From Pristiophorus japonicus (Eukaryota), in NCBI RefSeq assembly GCF_044704955.1, contig NC_091999.1:46438001-46502000 (forward strand): a stretch of DNA of 64,000 nucleotides, written 5' to 3'. Made by a program: the position numbers and the translations under genes. Below, in pieces: positions 53,425-64,000 of this stretch; the first letter of the stretch is position 1, and each line of letters starts with the position of its first letter. A model generated the notes under the pieces. The model saw nothing but the letters and a program-made list of their open reading frames with translations, searched no databases and was not told where the DNA came from.

Positions 53425-53724
53425 TAACACCGTCTCCCCCCACCCTCTACGCCCTGCTCTCCTCCTGTGAACAACCCAGTACCGATGGCTCCATCACGTA
53501 CGGCTGTTTGGCGATGGACTACTCCCCCGACATCACCAGCCTTTCCTGGAAGAAAGATAAAGAGCCAATCACCACTGGATTGAATAGCTACCCGTCAGTG
53601 CTCAACAAGAAGGGAATCTACACCCAGAGCAGCCAGTTAACCATCGCCGAGTCAGATGTGGGGAGCAGCACAATTTACTGCGAGGTTCGACGTGGTGTGT
53701 CGGTCTGGGCCATCACAATGCTAG
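53425..53724 (+). CDS. IGHM: IgM CH1 exon
   Basis: TTTCCCAG acceptor, (V)[14 protein letters not shown]...[10 protein letters not shown]...W...YPSVL...[13 protein letters not shown] donor at 53725. Confidence 0.93.
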
Positions 53725-53804
53725 GTTAGTGATGTGGATTACAGGGCAAACAATGATAAGGTGAGAAATTATGTTCAACTTGTAGAGAAATTTGGTTAGA
53801 CAAC

Positions 53805-54555
53805 ACTTAGAGTACTGTGTACAGTTCTGCTCTCCATATCATACTTAGAATACTGTGTACAGTTCTCGTCTCCAAATCACACTTAGAGTATTGTGTACAA
53901 TTCTGCTCTCCCTATCATACTTATAATATTGTGTACAGTTCTGGTCTCCATATTACACTTAGAGTATTGTGTACAGTTCTGGTTTCCATATAATAATTAG
54001 AATACTGTGCACAGTTCTAGTCTCCTTATCACATTTAGAATATTGTTCACAATTCAGGTTTCCATCTCATACTTAGAATACTGTCGAAAGTTAGCTCTCC
54101 ACATCATACTTAAAATATTATGCACAGTTCCGGTCTCCATATCACAGTTAGAATACTGTACACAGTTCTGTTCTCCATATCACGCTTAGAATATTGCTTA
54201 AAGTTCTGGTTTCCATCTCATACTTAGAATACAGTGTAAAGTTCTGGTCTCCATATCATACTGAGAATAGTGTGCATAGTTCTGGTCTCCATATTACACT
54301 TAGAATAGTATGCATAGTTCTGTTCTCCATATCACACTTAGAATATTGCTTAAAGTTCTGGTTTCCATCTCATACTTAGAATACAGTGTAAAGTTCTGGT
54401 CTCCATATCATACTGAGAATAGTGTGCATAGTTCTGGTCTCCATATCACACTTAGAATATTGTGCATGGTTCTGGTCCCCATATCGCACTTAGAATATTA
54501 TGCACAGTTCCGGTCTGCATATTAAACTGAGAATACTGTGCACAGTTCTGCTCTC
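53805..54555 (+). repeat. 38-bp minisatellite in the CH1-CH2 intron, about 20 copies
   Basis: ACTTAG at 53805, 53843, 53881...; unit ACTTAGAGTACTGTGTACAGTTCTGGTCTCCATATCAC. Confidence 0.92.
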
Positions 54556-54673
54556 TGTAAATGCCAGGTTAGTGTTCGTCTGACAGCAAAGAACCTGTTA
54601 AAATATAAGGACACTTTGCATTTCTTAATCAATTATTTTCCAAGCAATGTCAATAATATGTTTTTTTTTGAAG

Positions 54674-54991
54674 ATCCTGAACCGGACATCGTTCCTCCAA
54701 CTGTTCTCCTCACGCTGAGTTCCACTGAACAAATCACCAGCAGCAGATATGCAAGCGCCGTGTGTTCAATCATCGATTTCAGGCCAAAATCACTGACCGT
54801 GAATTGGCTGAAGAGTGGACAACTCATGGATTCGGGCATCATCACCTCTCCCGTCTTTGAGGTGAACGGGAACTTCTTGACGGCCAGTCGGCTGACAGTC
54901 CCCGCCGAGGAATGGTTCACCGGCTCGGTCTACACCTGCCAGGTCACTCATGAAGGGGTCACGCAAAACCGTAACTTCAGCAGATCTCAGG
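54674..54991 (+). CDS. IGHM: IgM CH2 exon
   Basis: T-run+GAAG acceptor, C1-set domain PPTVLL...[10 protein letters not shown]...W...SRLTV...W...YTCQVTH, GTAAGA donor at 54992. Confidence 0.93.
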
Positions 54992-55124
54992 GTAAGAGAC
55001 ACAATCCCGGGAGGTTGCACACCATTCTGAGCGCTGACCTCAGTAAGGATTTTATTGGAATTAGTAAAAAGCAGAGGACTGTTCCTAATTTCCAATCATG
55101 CAGTTTGTGTATTCTTGCGATACA

Positions 55125-55545
55125 AACTTGCCTTTATACAGCGCCTTCAGCGACCACAGACTGAACCAAAACGCTTGCCAGCCAATGAATTAAGTTGTGA
55201 AATGTGGTCACAGTTGTAATGTACAAAGTACGGCAGTCATTTAGTGCACAGCAAGCTCCCACAAACAGCAGTGTGATAATGACCATTTTTTTTTGTTGAG
55301 TGATATTTCTTGAGGGATAAATATTCCCAGGCCACCAGGGAGAACTCCTCTGCTTTTCATTGAAATAATGCCAGAGTATCTTTTACCTCCACCTGAGAGG
55401 CCAGACGGATCCTCGGTTTAACACCTGATCCGACAGACGGCAACTCCGATAGTGCGCCATGCCCCCAGTACTGCACTGGGAGACTCAGCTTACATTTTGT
55501 GATCAAATATCTGGAGTGGAAATTCAATCCAGGATCTTCTGGTTC
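55125..55545 (-). mobile_element. Deu-domain SINE in the CH2-CH3 intron
   Basis: Reverse complement of the same core (CACAGCAAGCTCCCACAAACAGCA, GAGGGATAAATATT, CCTCGGTTTAAC). Confidence 0.75.
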
Positions 55546-55779
55546 AGGATTCCTCATTGCTCAGGATTTATTAACCTCGCCAAAGAAGCTTTCCCCTTGC
55601 TCTGATGTCAGGCAGTGAGTGAAGTGTCCTTAGTCTCAGGTTTATCCTGAGTTGGCTGATCATAAATGGAGCGGCTGTCGGAGTCTGGAACCCTTTCCTG
55701 CCAACTGTCCAGGAATCCTGCTAGAATGGGCATCTACCCTATTCAGAGCACTGAGCTCAATTCTCGGCTCCGCACCACA

Positions 55780-56255
55780 GGAAGAATATACATGGAGGCG
55801 CTAAACTGCAGGTTTACCCGAATTAAACCGGGGCTAATAATGTAACATGATCAGTCGACGAGTATAAAACGTTAAGAGATGATCCAATTGACGTGTTTAA
55901 GTTGATAAATGGAATTGATCGAGTAGATATACAACATTTATTTAGTTTGATGAAAGAGTCGAGAACAAGTAGCAGAAACTTAACATTAGAGTTAGGCCGT
56001 GCAGAGGTGATGTCAGAAAGGATTTTCTCACAAGAAGAATAGTGCAAGTCGGGATTTCCCTCCCCAAAAGCTGCTGACACTTGCTTTCAATTGAAAAGTT
56101 GAAAATTGAGATTTATAGATTTTTGTCAGGCAAGGTTATCAAGGGTTACATAACCAATGCGTGAAGATGGTGTTGAGTGTTCATCAGCCATGATCTAACT
56201 GGTTGGCGAGACAGGATGGATGGACTGAATGCCCTCCTCCTGTTCCTATGTTGCT
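55780..56255 (+). mobile_element. Old CR1 3' fragment in the CH2-CH3 intron
   Basis: Degenerate ORF2 end plus CAGCCATGATCT...CCTCCTGTTCCTATG 3' UTR. Confidence 0.65.
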
Positions 56256-56950
56256 ATTAATGCCCTGAGGTCATATTTCTCTCTGAATCTCTCTCACCAG
56301 ACATGATAAATGTTCAGTAATTACAGAAATTAACAAGCGACCTCACATCATTCCAAATGATGCCGCACCACAAAGATTCCTTGGAACTCCATTCTCCCGA
56401 ACTTGCACTTCTCCTCTGACGGGGGCTGTGACTGGTTCCTGCATATTTTCACTGCAACAAAAAACGCAGCAAGAGACCAGAAACATAACTTTGTTTCCTG
56501 TTGTCCCATAAATCCTGAAATTAATTTGACACTGGTTTTGAACCAGTATAATGTCTGGTGTAGACCTCTTGAACTTCGGGCTTTTCGGGCTTCAGCTATT
56601 ATAACCAACGGTGATGCATTTGGGTGCAAGGATCTATGGACGGGCTTAAAGGAGCAAGGGATTTCAGGAAGAGCGCTATGCCATGCCTAACACAATGTAT
56701 TCCGATTTTATGCCGGGTATTTGCTTCACAGCCCATTACAGGTGGCTCTGGCTGCAAATACACAAGAAATGTTACAGATCTCTCGGAATCGTTGCCAATT
56801 CATTGTCCTTCCAATAACGCCGGTGTTGAGGCAACAGCGAGAGGTTGATATCTCAAAAGTGATATATTCCCCTTGAAAGATTTAAGGCTAAATATTGGTG
56901 TCCGGATTCTGAAGCTTCAGCTTTTCCTGACTTTCATTCCTGTTTCGCAG

Positions 56951-57259
56951 TGGTTGTCCCATGCAGCGATTCAAAAATCACTCTTCGCCCACCGTCATTG
57001 GAACAGGTCTTACTGGAGGCGATGGTGACCTTAACCTGCGTCGTGTCTGAGGCTCCTTATGGGCTCACCGTGACCTGGACCCGGGAAAAGGAGGCTTTGA
57101 AATCAGAGATTGCCTTCCAGCCGGGAGAGGATCCCAACATAGTGATCAGCAACTTAAACATCTCGACACATGACTGGCTGAGTGGGGATAAGTTCTACTG
57201 CGTAGTGAGCCATCAGGATATGCCGACTCCTCTCAGAGATTCCATCCACAAGGAAAAGG
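56951..57259 (+). CDS. IGHM: IgM CH3 exon
   Basis: TTTCGCAG acceptor, [22 protein letters not shown]...LTCVV...W...[21 protein letters not shown] donor at 57260. Confidence 0.93.
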
Positions 57260-58178
57260 GTGAGCGGGGAGATTGTTGCAATAAGTGAGATACTGTGACT
57301 ATTTCCAGTGCATGTGCAAGGGACAATTCATTATATAAAGTGTTTAATGGGCTGCTCTGATCATTCAGTTTGGTAATTCCACGAACTCAGCACTCTGGGA
57401 CCTGACATTATGTATTTTAGGGGAAACTGGACAAGTCCATGAGTGAGAAAGGAATAGAAGGGTATGTTATTAGGAATAGATTAAGTGAGCTAGGAGGAGG
57501 CTTGTGTGAAACATACACACCGGCATAGACCAGTTGGCCAAATCTCCTCATTCTGTGCAGTAAATTCTATGTAATTTTCCAGACCAACCCTTGGAGATTT
57601 CAGAGAGAAAGATTGTGTTCCCTCTGCTGCGGGATGGAAAACCAGAGAGGCCCCAGAGGGGAAAAGGAAAAGCTTTAAAATTCAACGCAGTGTCCATTTC
57701 TCTCACATCTAACCACCTGAAATTGGCTGAATTTAAATGAGGAAGGCGAGTTGTGGGCGGTGGTCTCACAGGCCACCCGGGAGAACGGGAGGATTGGAAG
57801 CCGAGTCAGGAGGTCTCGGATCGCGGGGGCTGGGTTACACAGGGACCCTGGATCCAGGATGTAGGTGTATGGGCAATTACCACCTGGGTGCAGCAGTCCC
57901 CGCCTCGCTGTAACTGCAGGGATTTACACAGTGTGTCAAACCGGACCAGCGACAGTTAAACACCAAACGGTGGTTAAAATAGAAGATTCCAGTCCCATTT
58001 AAATATTTTACTCAAATATAATATTACAACCGGGAGTGGGCGCGTTGACGTCGGGATTCCTATTTTTAACAATTTAAAAACCTCCACGCCCAAAACCCGC
58101 CTGCTGTATTGATTTAAAGTTTTCCCATTGTCTCTGGAACTGTCCAGTTCATTGGCCTTTATTGTAACTGTTCCACAG

Positions 58179-58570
58179 CGAAAGATCCGCGGGAACCGGC
58201 CGTGTCTGTCCTCCTGCCCTCGGCAGAAGAAGTCTCCGCTCAGAGGTTGGTCAGCCTCACCTGCTTAGTGAGAGGTTTCTCCCCCCGAGAGATCTTCGTC
58301 AAATGGACCGTCAATGACAAGCCGGTGGATTCCGGCAACTACAAGAACACCGAGGTGATGGCGGAGAATGGCAGCAGATCCTTCTTCATGTACAGCCTGC
58401 TATCCGTTGCAGCCGAGGAGTGGGCCAGCGGCGCTTCTTACTCCTGTGTGGTGGGACACGAAGCGATCCCCTTGAAGATCACCAACAGAACCATCAATAA
58501 ATCCAGCGGTAAACCCAGTTTCGTCAACATTTCCCTTGTTCTGATGGACACCGTCAATTCTTGTCAATGA
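58179..58570 (+). CDS. IGHM: IgM CH4 exon plus secretory tailpiece
   Basis: TTCCACAG acceptor, [17 protein letters not shown]...[11 protein letters not shown], tail [20 protein letters not shown] with N-glycan sequon and penultimate Cys; internal GTAAA donor at 58509 for the membrane form. Confidence 0.95.
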
Positions 58571-58598
58571 GAATCTCTCGATTGCATTTCAGTTCTTA

Positions 58599-58614
58599 AA
58601 TAAAAAACAATAAA
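58599..58614 (+). terminator. Polyadenylation signals of secretory mu mRNA
   Basis: Two AATAAA (58599-604, 58609-14), 29 and 39 nt after the stop codon. Confidence 0.85.
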
Positions 58615-59519
58615 GGGCTTTTTTTCCAATCGTGAGTTAAACAGGCAGCCGCTCAATTAACTATGTTTCCTAGTTTTGCCAATGTGAGGGCTGTTTGTCT
58701 GAAGTAGAGTGTTTGCGTGTCTCGGTCCCAAGGCTTATACAGCCAGCGCTCCCAGCTCAGATACACCATGGGTTAGAGACTGGGTGAAGTTCTCTCATTA
58801 CAGGATTCCTGAAAGTAACTTCAGCAGAGAGAGAGTAAAGGGTAATTTTAACTCACTGTACCTCTCATACCCACCAGCGAGAGGGGAACGGGAAATGCAT
58901 AATTCTCGTAACCCCCACTGCCCCTCCCACAGGGAGATGGGAAATGAACCACTCTCTTGTAAATGCACTAAGTTGCCATCAGTACAATGTCACATTCTAA
59001 CCCATGGTCAAAAGATTTTAAACTTGCCACATGATTATTATATTCTGAAATAACTATTTATTCCACGTAATATTTTTTAATTAAATAGTCCCTGTTAATT
59101 GTAAACTAACATGCTGAATTCTAATGGGCCATATCTAAACTGGTGATTGAATCCTCTGCGGGTTTCTCATAGTTGTGTCCCTGATGTTTCTGAGGCCCAT
59201 CGGTTGAATTGTTGCATTCCTTCGGCTGACGTCACATTGCGCCTCACACAGGACACATTTACACAGAGCAGGGAGAATACATGTGAAAGTGAGTCTGTCT
59301 GTGTTCATATGTAAGTGTGATGATGATTTTGTATAAGTGTGTGTATTTTTGTGTAAGTGCACAATTTCACAGTAACACACATAGACTTACATATAAAGAC
59401 ATACGTTAACACTCTGACACATAATATTATACATAACTCGAATATAATGAAAACCATCATTGTCAAATCCAGTTATTGGTACTCTCTGAAAATTTTAACA
59501 ATAGCAATAATACACGTCA

Positions 59520-60620
59520 ATCTAAATGCACACTTACACAACGGATACTTACACACACTTACACACACATAGACACACACATCAATCCACACAGACACTG
59601 ACACAAAGCAAACCTACACCCACTTACACACACATAAACACATACATCAATCCACACACACACTTACACAAAACAAACTTACACTCACATAGACACACGC
59701 ATCAATCCATACACACAGACTTACAAAACACACTTACACACACTTACACACACATAAACACATACATCAATCCACACACACACTTACACAAAACACACTT
59801 ATACACACATAGACACACGCATCAATCCATACCCATACACTTACAAAACACACTTACACACACTTACACACACATAAATACACATCAATCCACACACACA
59901 CTTACACAAAACACACACACACTTGTAAACAAACGCATCAATCCAAACACACATTTACACAAAACACACACACGCTTACATGCAAACATACTATTGCACT
60001 TAGACACACACATCAATCAAAACACACACTTTCACAAAACACACACACACAAACACACACAAACTTACCTGCAAACCCATTGCTACACATAAACACACAC
60101 ACGCTTACACCTAAACATGAACAACACTGAGACATAGCCGTACACTTACAGGGAAACACACACCTGAACACATTTACACAAGTATGAACACGCATATAAA
60201 TCCAAACACAATCTAACAAAAACACACACAGACAAACTTACAGGTACACACAATGTGACATGAAAACTCACAAACACACACTTACACCTCAACATTAGCA
60301 AACACTTGGACATAACCATACATATACACTTACAGGGAAACACACACATGAACATACATATACACCGGGTTACACATACACTTACACATAAGCACACACA
60401 TGAATACACTTGCACACACACACACACACACACACAAACCCTTTGATATGAACATGCTTACACATAAAAGTACACACACTCACCTACACCAAATCTCACA
60501 CTCACAATTAAATTTAAACACACACACTTACATAAAAACACACGCATTCTTAAACAAAACATAAAGAAAGATTTACACACACATACACAATCTTAGAAAT
60601 ACACACACGCACAACCCCAC
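59520..60620 (+). repeat. CA-rich low-complexity tract
   Basis: ACACACACTTACAC-type repeats with a roughly 120-bp higher-order period at 59560-59920. Confidence 0.9.
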
Positions 60621-61147
60621 AGATCAACACCCTCACAGGGAACACAAACACTGACTAAGCCAGAACAACAGATAGTTATACAGTGATATAGACACTAAAG
60701 AGCACAAACAAAAACGTCAGGCTATAGAAGAATGTAGAACAAAGATGCAGTTTTTGGACGGGCAAAGTATCCAATGCTTGGCCTGAATAAATAATTACTG
60801 ATACCATAATATCTAACATTTCACTATTCTGTCCTTACACATACACTGGATCAATGTAGTTGTTGCAAGCTGAAACGTTATTTATGTTCAGAGCATTGCC
60901 GTAACATATATAAAAAAAAGGTTATAACTCACAACTAATCTCTTAAAAGCCTCCTTGGCAGCCTCCAACTAAGTAACTACCTTAACCTAGCGGAACAATA
61001 ATCGATATCCTGCTGTACACCTTCCTCGATGTTTCATCGTATTATTCCCGAATGGTAGATCGTAGCAAAGTCATCCAAAATCAATTAGCCTCTGACATGG
61101 AAGAAAAACTATCATATTTTCCAAAACGGACTATAGGAGGATCATAA

Positions 61148-64000
61148 TGTTGGGGAGGAGTTAAACTAATATGGCAGGGGGATGGGAACCAATGCAGGGA
61201 GACAGAGGGTAACAAAAAGGAGGCAAAAGCAAAAGACAGAAAGGAGATGAGGAAAAGTGGAGGGCAGAGAAACCCAAGGCAAAGAACAAAAAGGGCCACT
61301 GTACAGCAAAATTCTAAAAGGACAAAGGGTGTTAAAAAAAACAGCCTGAAGGCTTTGTGTCTTAATGCAAGGAGTATCCGCAACAATGTGGATTAATTAA
61401 CTGTGCAAATAGATGTTAACAAATATGACGTGATTGGGATTACGGAGACGTGGCTCCAGGATGATCAGGGCTGGGAACTCAACATCCAGGGGTATTCAAC
61501 ATTCAGGAAAGATAGAATAAAAGGAAAAGGAGGTGAGGTAGCATTGCTGGTGAAGGAGCAAATTAAGGCAATAGTTCGGAAGGACATTAGCTTGGATGAT
61601 GTGGAATCTATATGGGTAGAGCTCCAGAATACCAAAGGACAAAAAACGTTAGTGGGAGTTGTGTACAGACCTCCAAACAGTAGTAGTGATGTTGGGGAGG
61701 GCATCAAACATGAAATTAGGGGTGCGTGCAATAAAGGTGCAGCAGTTATAATGGGTGACTTTAATATGCTCATAGATTGGGTTAACCAAACTGGAAGCAA
61801 TACGTTGGAGGAGGATTTCCTGGAGTGCATAAGGGATGTTTTTTTAGACCAATATGTCGAGGAACCAACTAGGGGGGAGGCCATCTTAGACTGGGTGTTG
61901 TGTAATGAGAGAGGATTAATTAGCAATCACGTTGTGCGAGGCCCCTTGGGGAAGAGTGACCATAATAAGGTGGAATTCTACATTAGGATGGAGAATGAAA
62001 CAGTTAATTCAGAGACCATGGTCCAGAACTTAAAGAAGGGTAACTTTGAAGGTATGAGGCGTGAATTGGCTAGGATAGATTGGCGAATGATACTGAAGGG
62101 GTTGATTGTGGATGGGCAATGGCAGACATTTAGAGACCGCATGGATGAACTACAACAATTGTACATTCCTGTCTGGCGTAAAAATAAAAAAGGGAAGGTG
62201 GCTCAACCGTGGCTATCAAGGGAAATCAGGGATAGCATTAAAGCCAAGGAAGTGGCATACAAATTGGCCAGAAATAGCAGCGAACCCGGGGACTGGGAGA
62301 AATTTAGAACTCAGCAGAGGAGGACAAAGGGTTTGATTAGGGCAGGGAAAAAGGAGTACGAGAAGAAGCTTGCAGGGAACATTAAGACGGATTGCAAAAG
62401 TTTCTATAGATATGTAAAGAGAAAAAGGTTAGTAAAGACAAACGTAGGTCCCCTGCAGTCAGAATCAGGGGAAGTCATAACGGGGAACAAAGAAATGGCG
62501 GACCAATTGAACAAGTACTTTGGTTCGGTAATCACTGAGGAGGGCACAAACAACCTTCCGGATATAAAAGGGGTCGGAGGGTCGAGTAAGGAGGAGGAAC
62601 TGAGGGAAATCCTTATTAGTCGGGAAACTGTGTTGGGGAAATTGATGGGATTGAAGGCCGATAAATCCCCAGGGCCTGATGGACTGCATCCCAGAGTACT
62701 TAAGGAGGTGGCCTTGGAAATAGTGGATGCATTGACAGTCATTTTCCAACATTCCATTGACTGTGGATCAGTTCCTATGGAGCGGAGGGTAGCCAATGTA
62801 ACCCCACTTTTTAAAAAAGGAGGGATAGAGAAAACAGGGAATTATAGACCGGTCAGCCTGACATGGGTAGTGGGTAAAATGATGGAATCAATTATTAAGG
62901 ATGTCATAGCAGTGCATTTGGTAATAGGTAATATAACAAGTCCAAGTCAGCATGGATTTGTGAAAGGGAAATCATGCTTGACAAATCTTCTGAAATTTTT
63001 TGAGGATGTTTCCAATAGAGTGGACAAGGGAGCACCAGGTGATGTGGTATATTTGGACTTTCAGAAGGCTTTCGACAAGGTCCCACACAAGAGATTAATG
63101 TGCAAAGTTAAAGCACATGGGATTGGGGTAGTTTGCTGACATGGATTGAGAACTCGTTGTCAGACAGGAAGCAAAGAGTAGGAGTAAATGGGGACTTTTC
63201 ATAATGGCAGGCAGTGACTAGTGGGGTACCGCAAGGTTCTGTGCTGGGGCCCCAGCTGTTTACACTGTACATTAATGATTTAGATGAGGGGATTAAATGT
63301 AGTATCTCCAAATTTGCGGATGACACTAAGTTGGGTGGCAGTGTGAGCTGCGAAGAGGATGCTATGATGCTGCAGAGCGACTTGGATAGGGTGGGTGAGT
63401 GGGCAAATGCATGGCAGATAAAGTATAATATGGATAAATGTGAGGTTATCCACTTTGGTGATAAAAACAGAGAGACAGACTATTATCTGAATGGTGACAG
63501 ATTAGGAAAAGGGGAGGTGCAAAGAGACCTGGGTGTCATGGTACATCAGTCATTGAAGGTTGGCATGCAGGTACAGCAGGCGGTTAAGAAAGCAAATGGC
63601 ATGTTGGCCTTCATAGCGAGGGGATTTGAGTACAGGGGCAGGGAGGTGTTGCTACAATTGTACAGGGCCTTGGTGAGGCCACACCTGGAGTATTGTGTAC
63701 AGTTTTGGTCTCCTAACCTGAGGAAGGACATTCTTGCTATTGAGGGAGTGCAGCGAAGGTTCACCAGACCGATTCCCGGGATGGCGGGACTGACCTATCA
63801 AAAAAGATTGGATCAACTGGGCTTGTATTCACTGGAGTTCAGAAGAATGAGAGGGGACCTCATAGAAACGTTTAAAATTCTGACGGGTTTAGACAGGTTA
63901 GACGCAGGATGAATGTTCCCAATGTTGGGGAAGTCCAGAACCAGGGGACACAGTCTAAGGATAAGGGGGAAGCCATTTAGGACCGAGATGAGGAGGAATT
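61148..64000 (+). mobile_element. Young CR1 LINE, near-complete ORF2 (APE endonuclease + RT), runs off the window
   Basis: GITETWL, GVVYRPP, MGDFN, SDHN endonuclease motifs; KSPGPDG, NYRPVSL, YLDFQKAFDKVPH, GVPQGSVLGP, FADD RT motifs; a few stops and a frameshift near 63130. Confidence 0.95.

Noticed and set aside
53805-54555. CRISPR-like periodicity of the 27-, 38- and 67-bp repeats
   Set aside because: Head-to-tail units without unique spacers, vertebrate context, no cas genes.
53425-58570. IgM1gj, IgW or IgNAR identity
   Set aside because: Four C domains including CH2 and a mu-type tailpiece indicate conventional IgM; IgM1gj lacks CH2 and is fully joined.
59526-60433. His/Thr-rich and Cys/Val-rich ORFs
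   Set aside because: Translations of CA-rich low-complexity sequence.

Overview
Eukaryotic genomic DNA, almost certainly from a cartilaginous fish (shark-type IgM sequences, CR1 LINEs, Deu-domain SINEs). The right third (about 45.9-58.6 kb, + strand) holds one immunoglobulin mu heavy-chain cluster: leader, VH, JH, CH1-CH4 and the secretory tail, all open and with canonical phase-1 splice sites. The transmembrane exons are not in the window. The cluster has no free D segments. VH runs into a D-like stretch followed by one 22-bp-spacer RSS, and about 310 bp later one 12-bp-spacer RSS directly precedes the J-coding segment. This reads as a partly germline-joined VD-DJ locus needing one RAG event, and a precise join is in frame ([17 protein letters not shown]). 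The left 40 kb is three complete copies plus a short partial fourth copy of a diverged 10-16 kb tandem macro-repeat. Each copy carries 27-bp and 67-bp satellites, a DeuSINE, CR1 fragments and unidentified blocks with minus-strand splice and polyA signals, possibly a decayed unknown gene. One copy contains a degraded class I endogenous retrovirus with a single LTR and an env lacking the immunosuppressive domain. A satellite inversion and a CTCF-like site lie between the two domains, and a young CR1 with a near-complete ORF2 occupies the right end. Repeat boundaries are approximate, read by eye.
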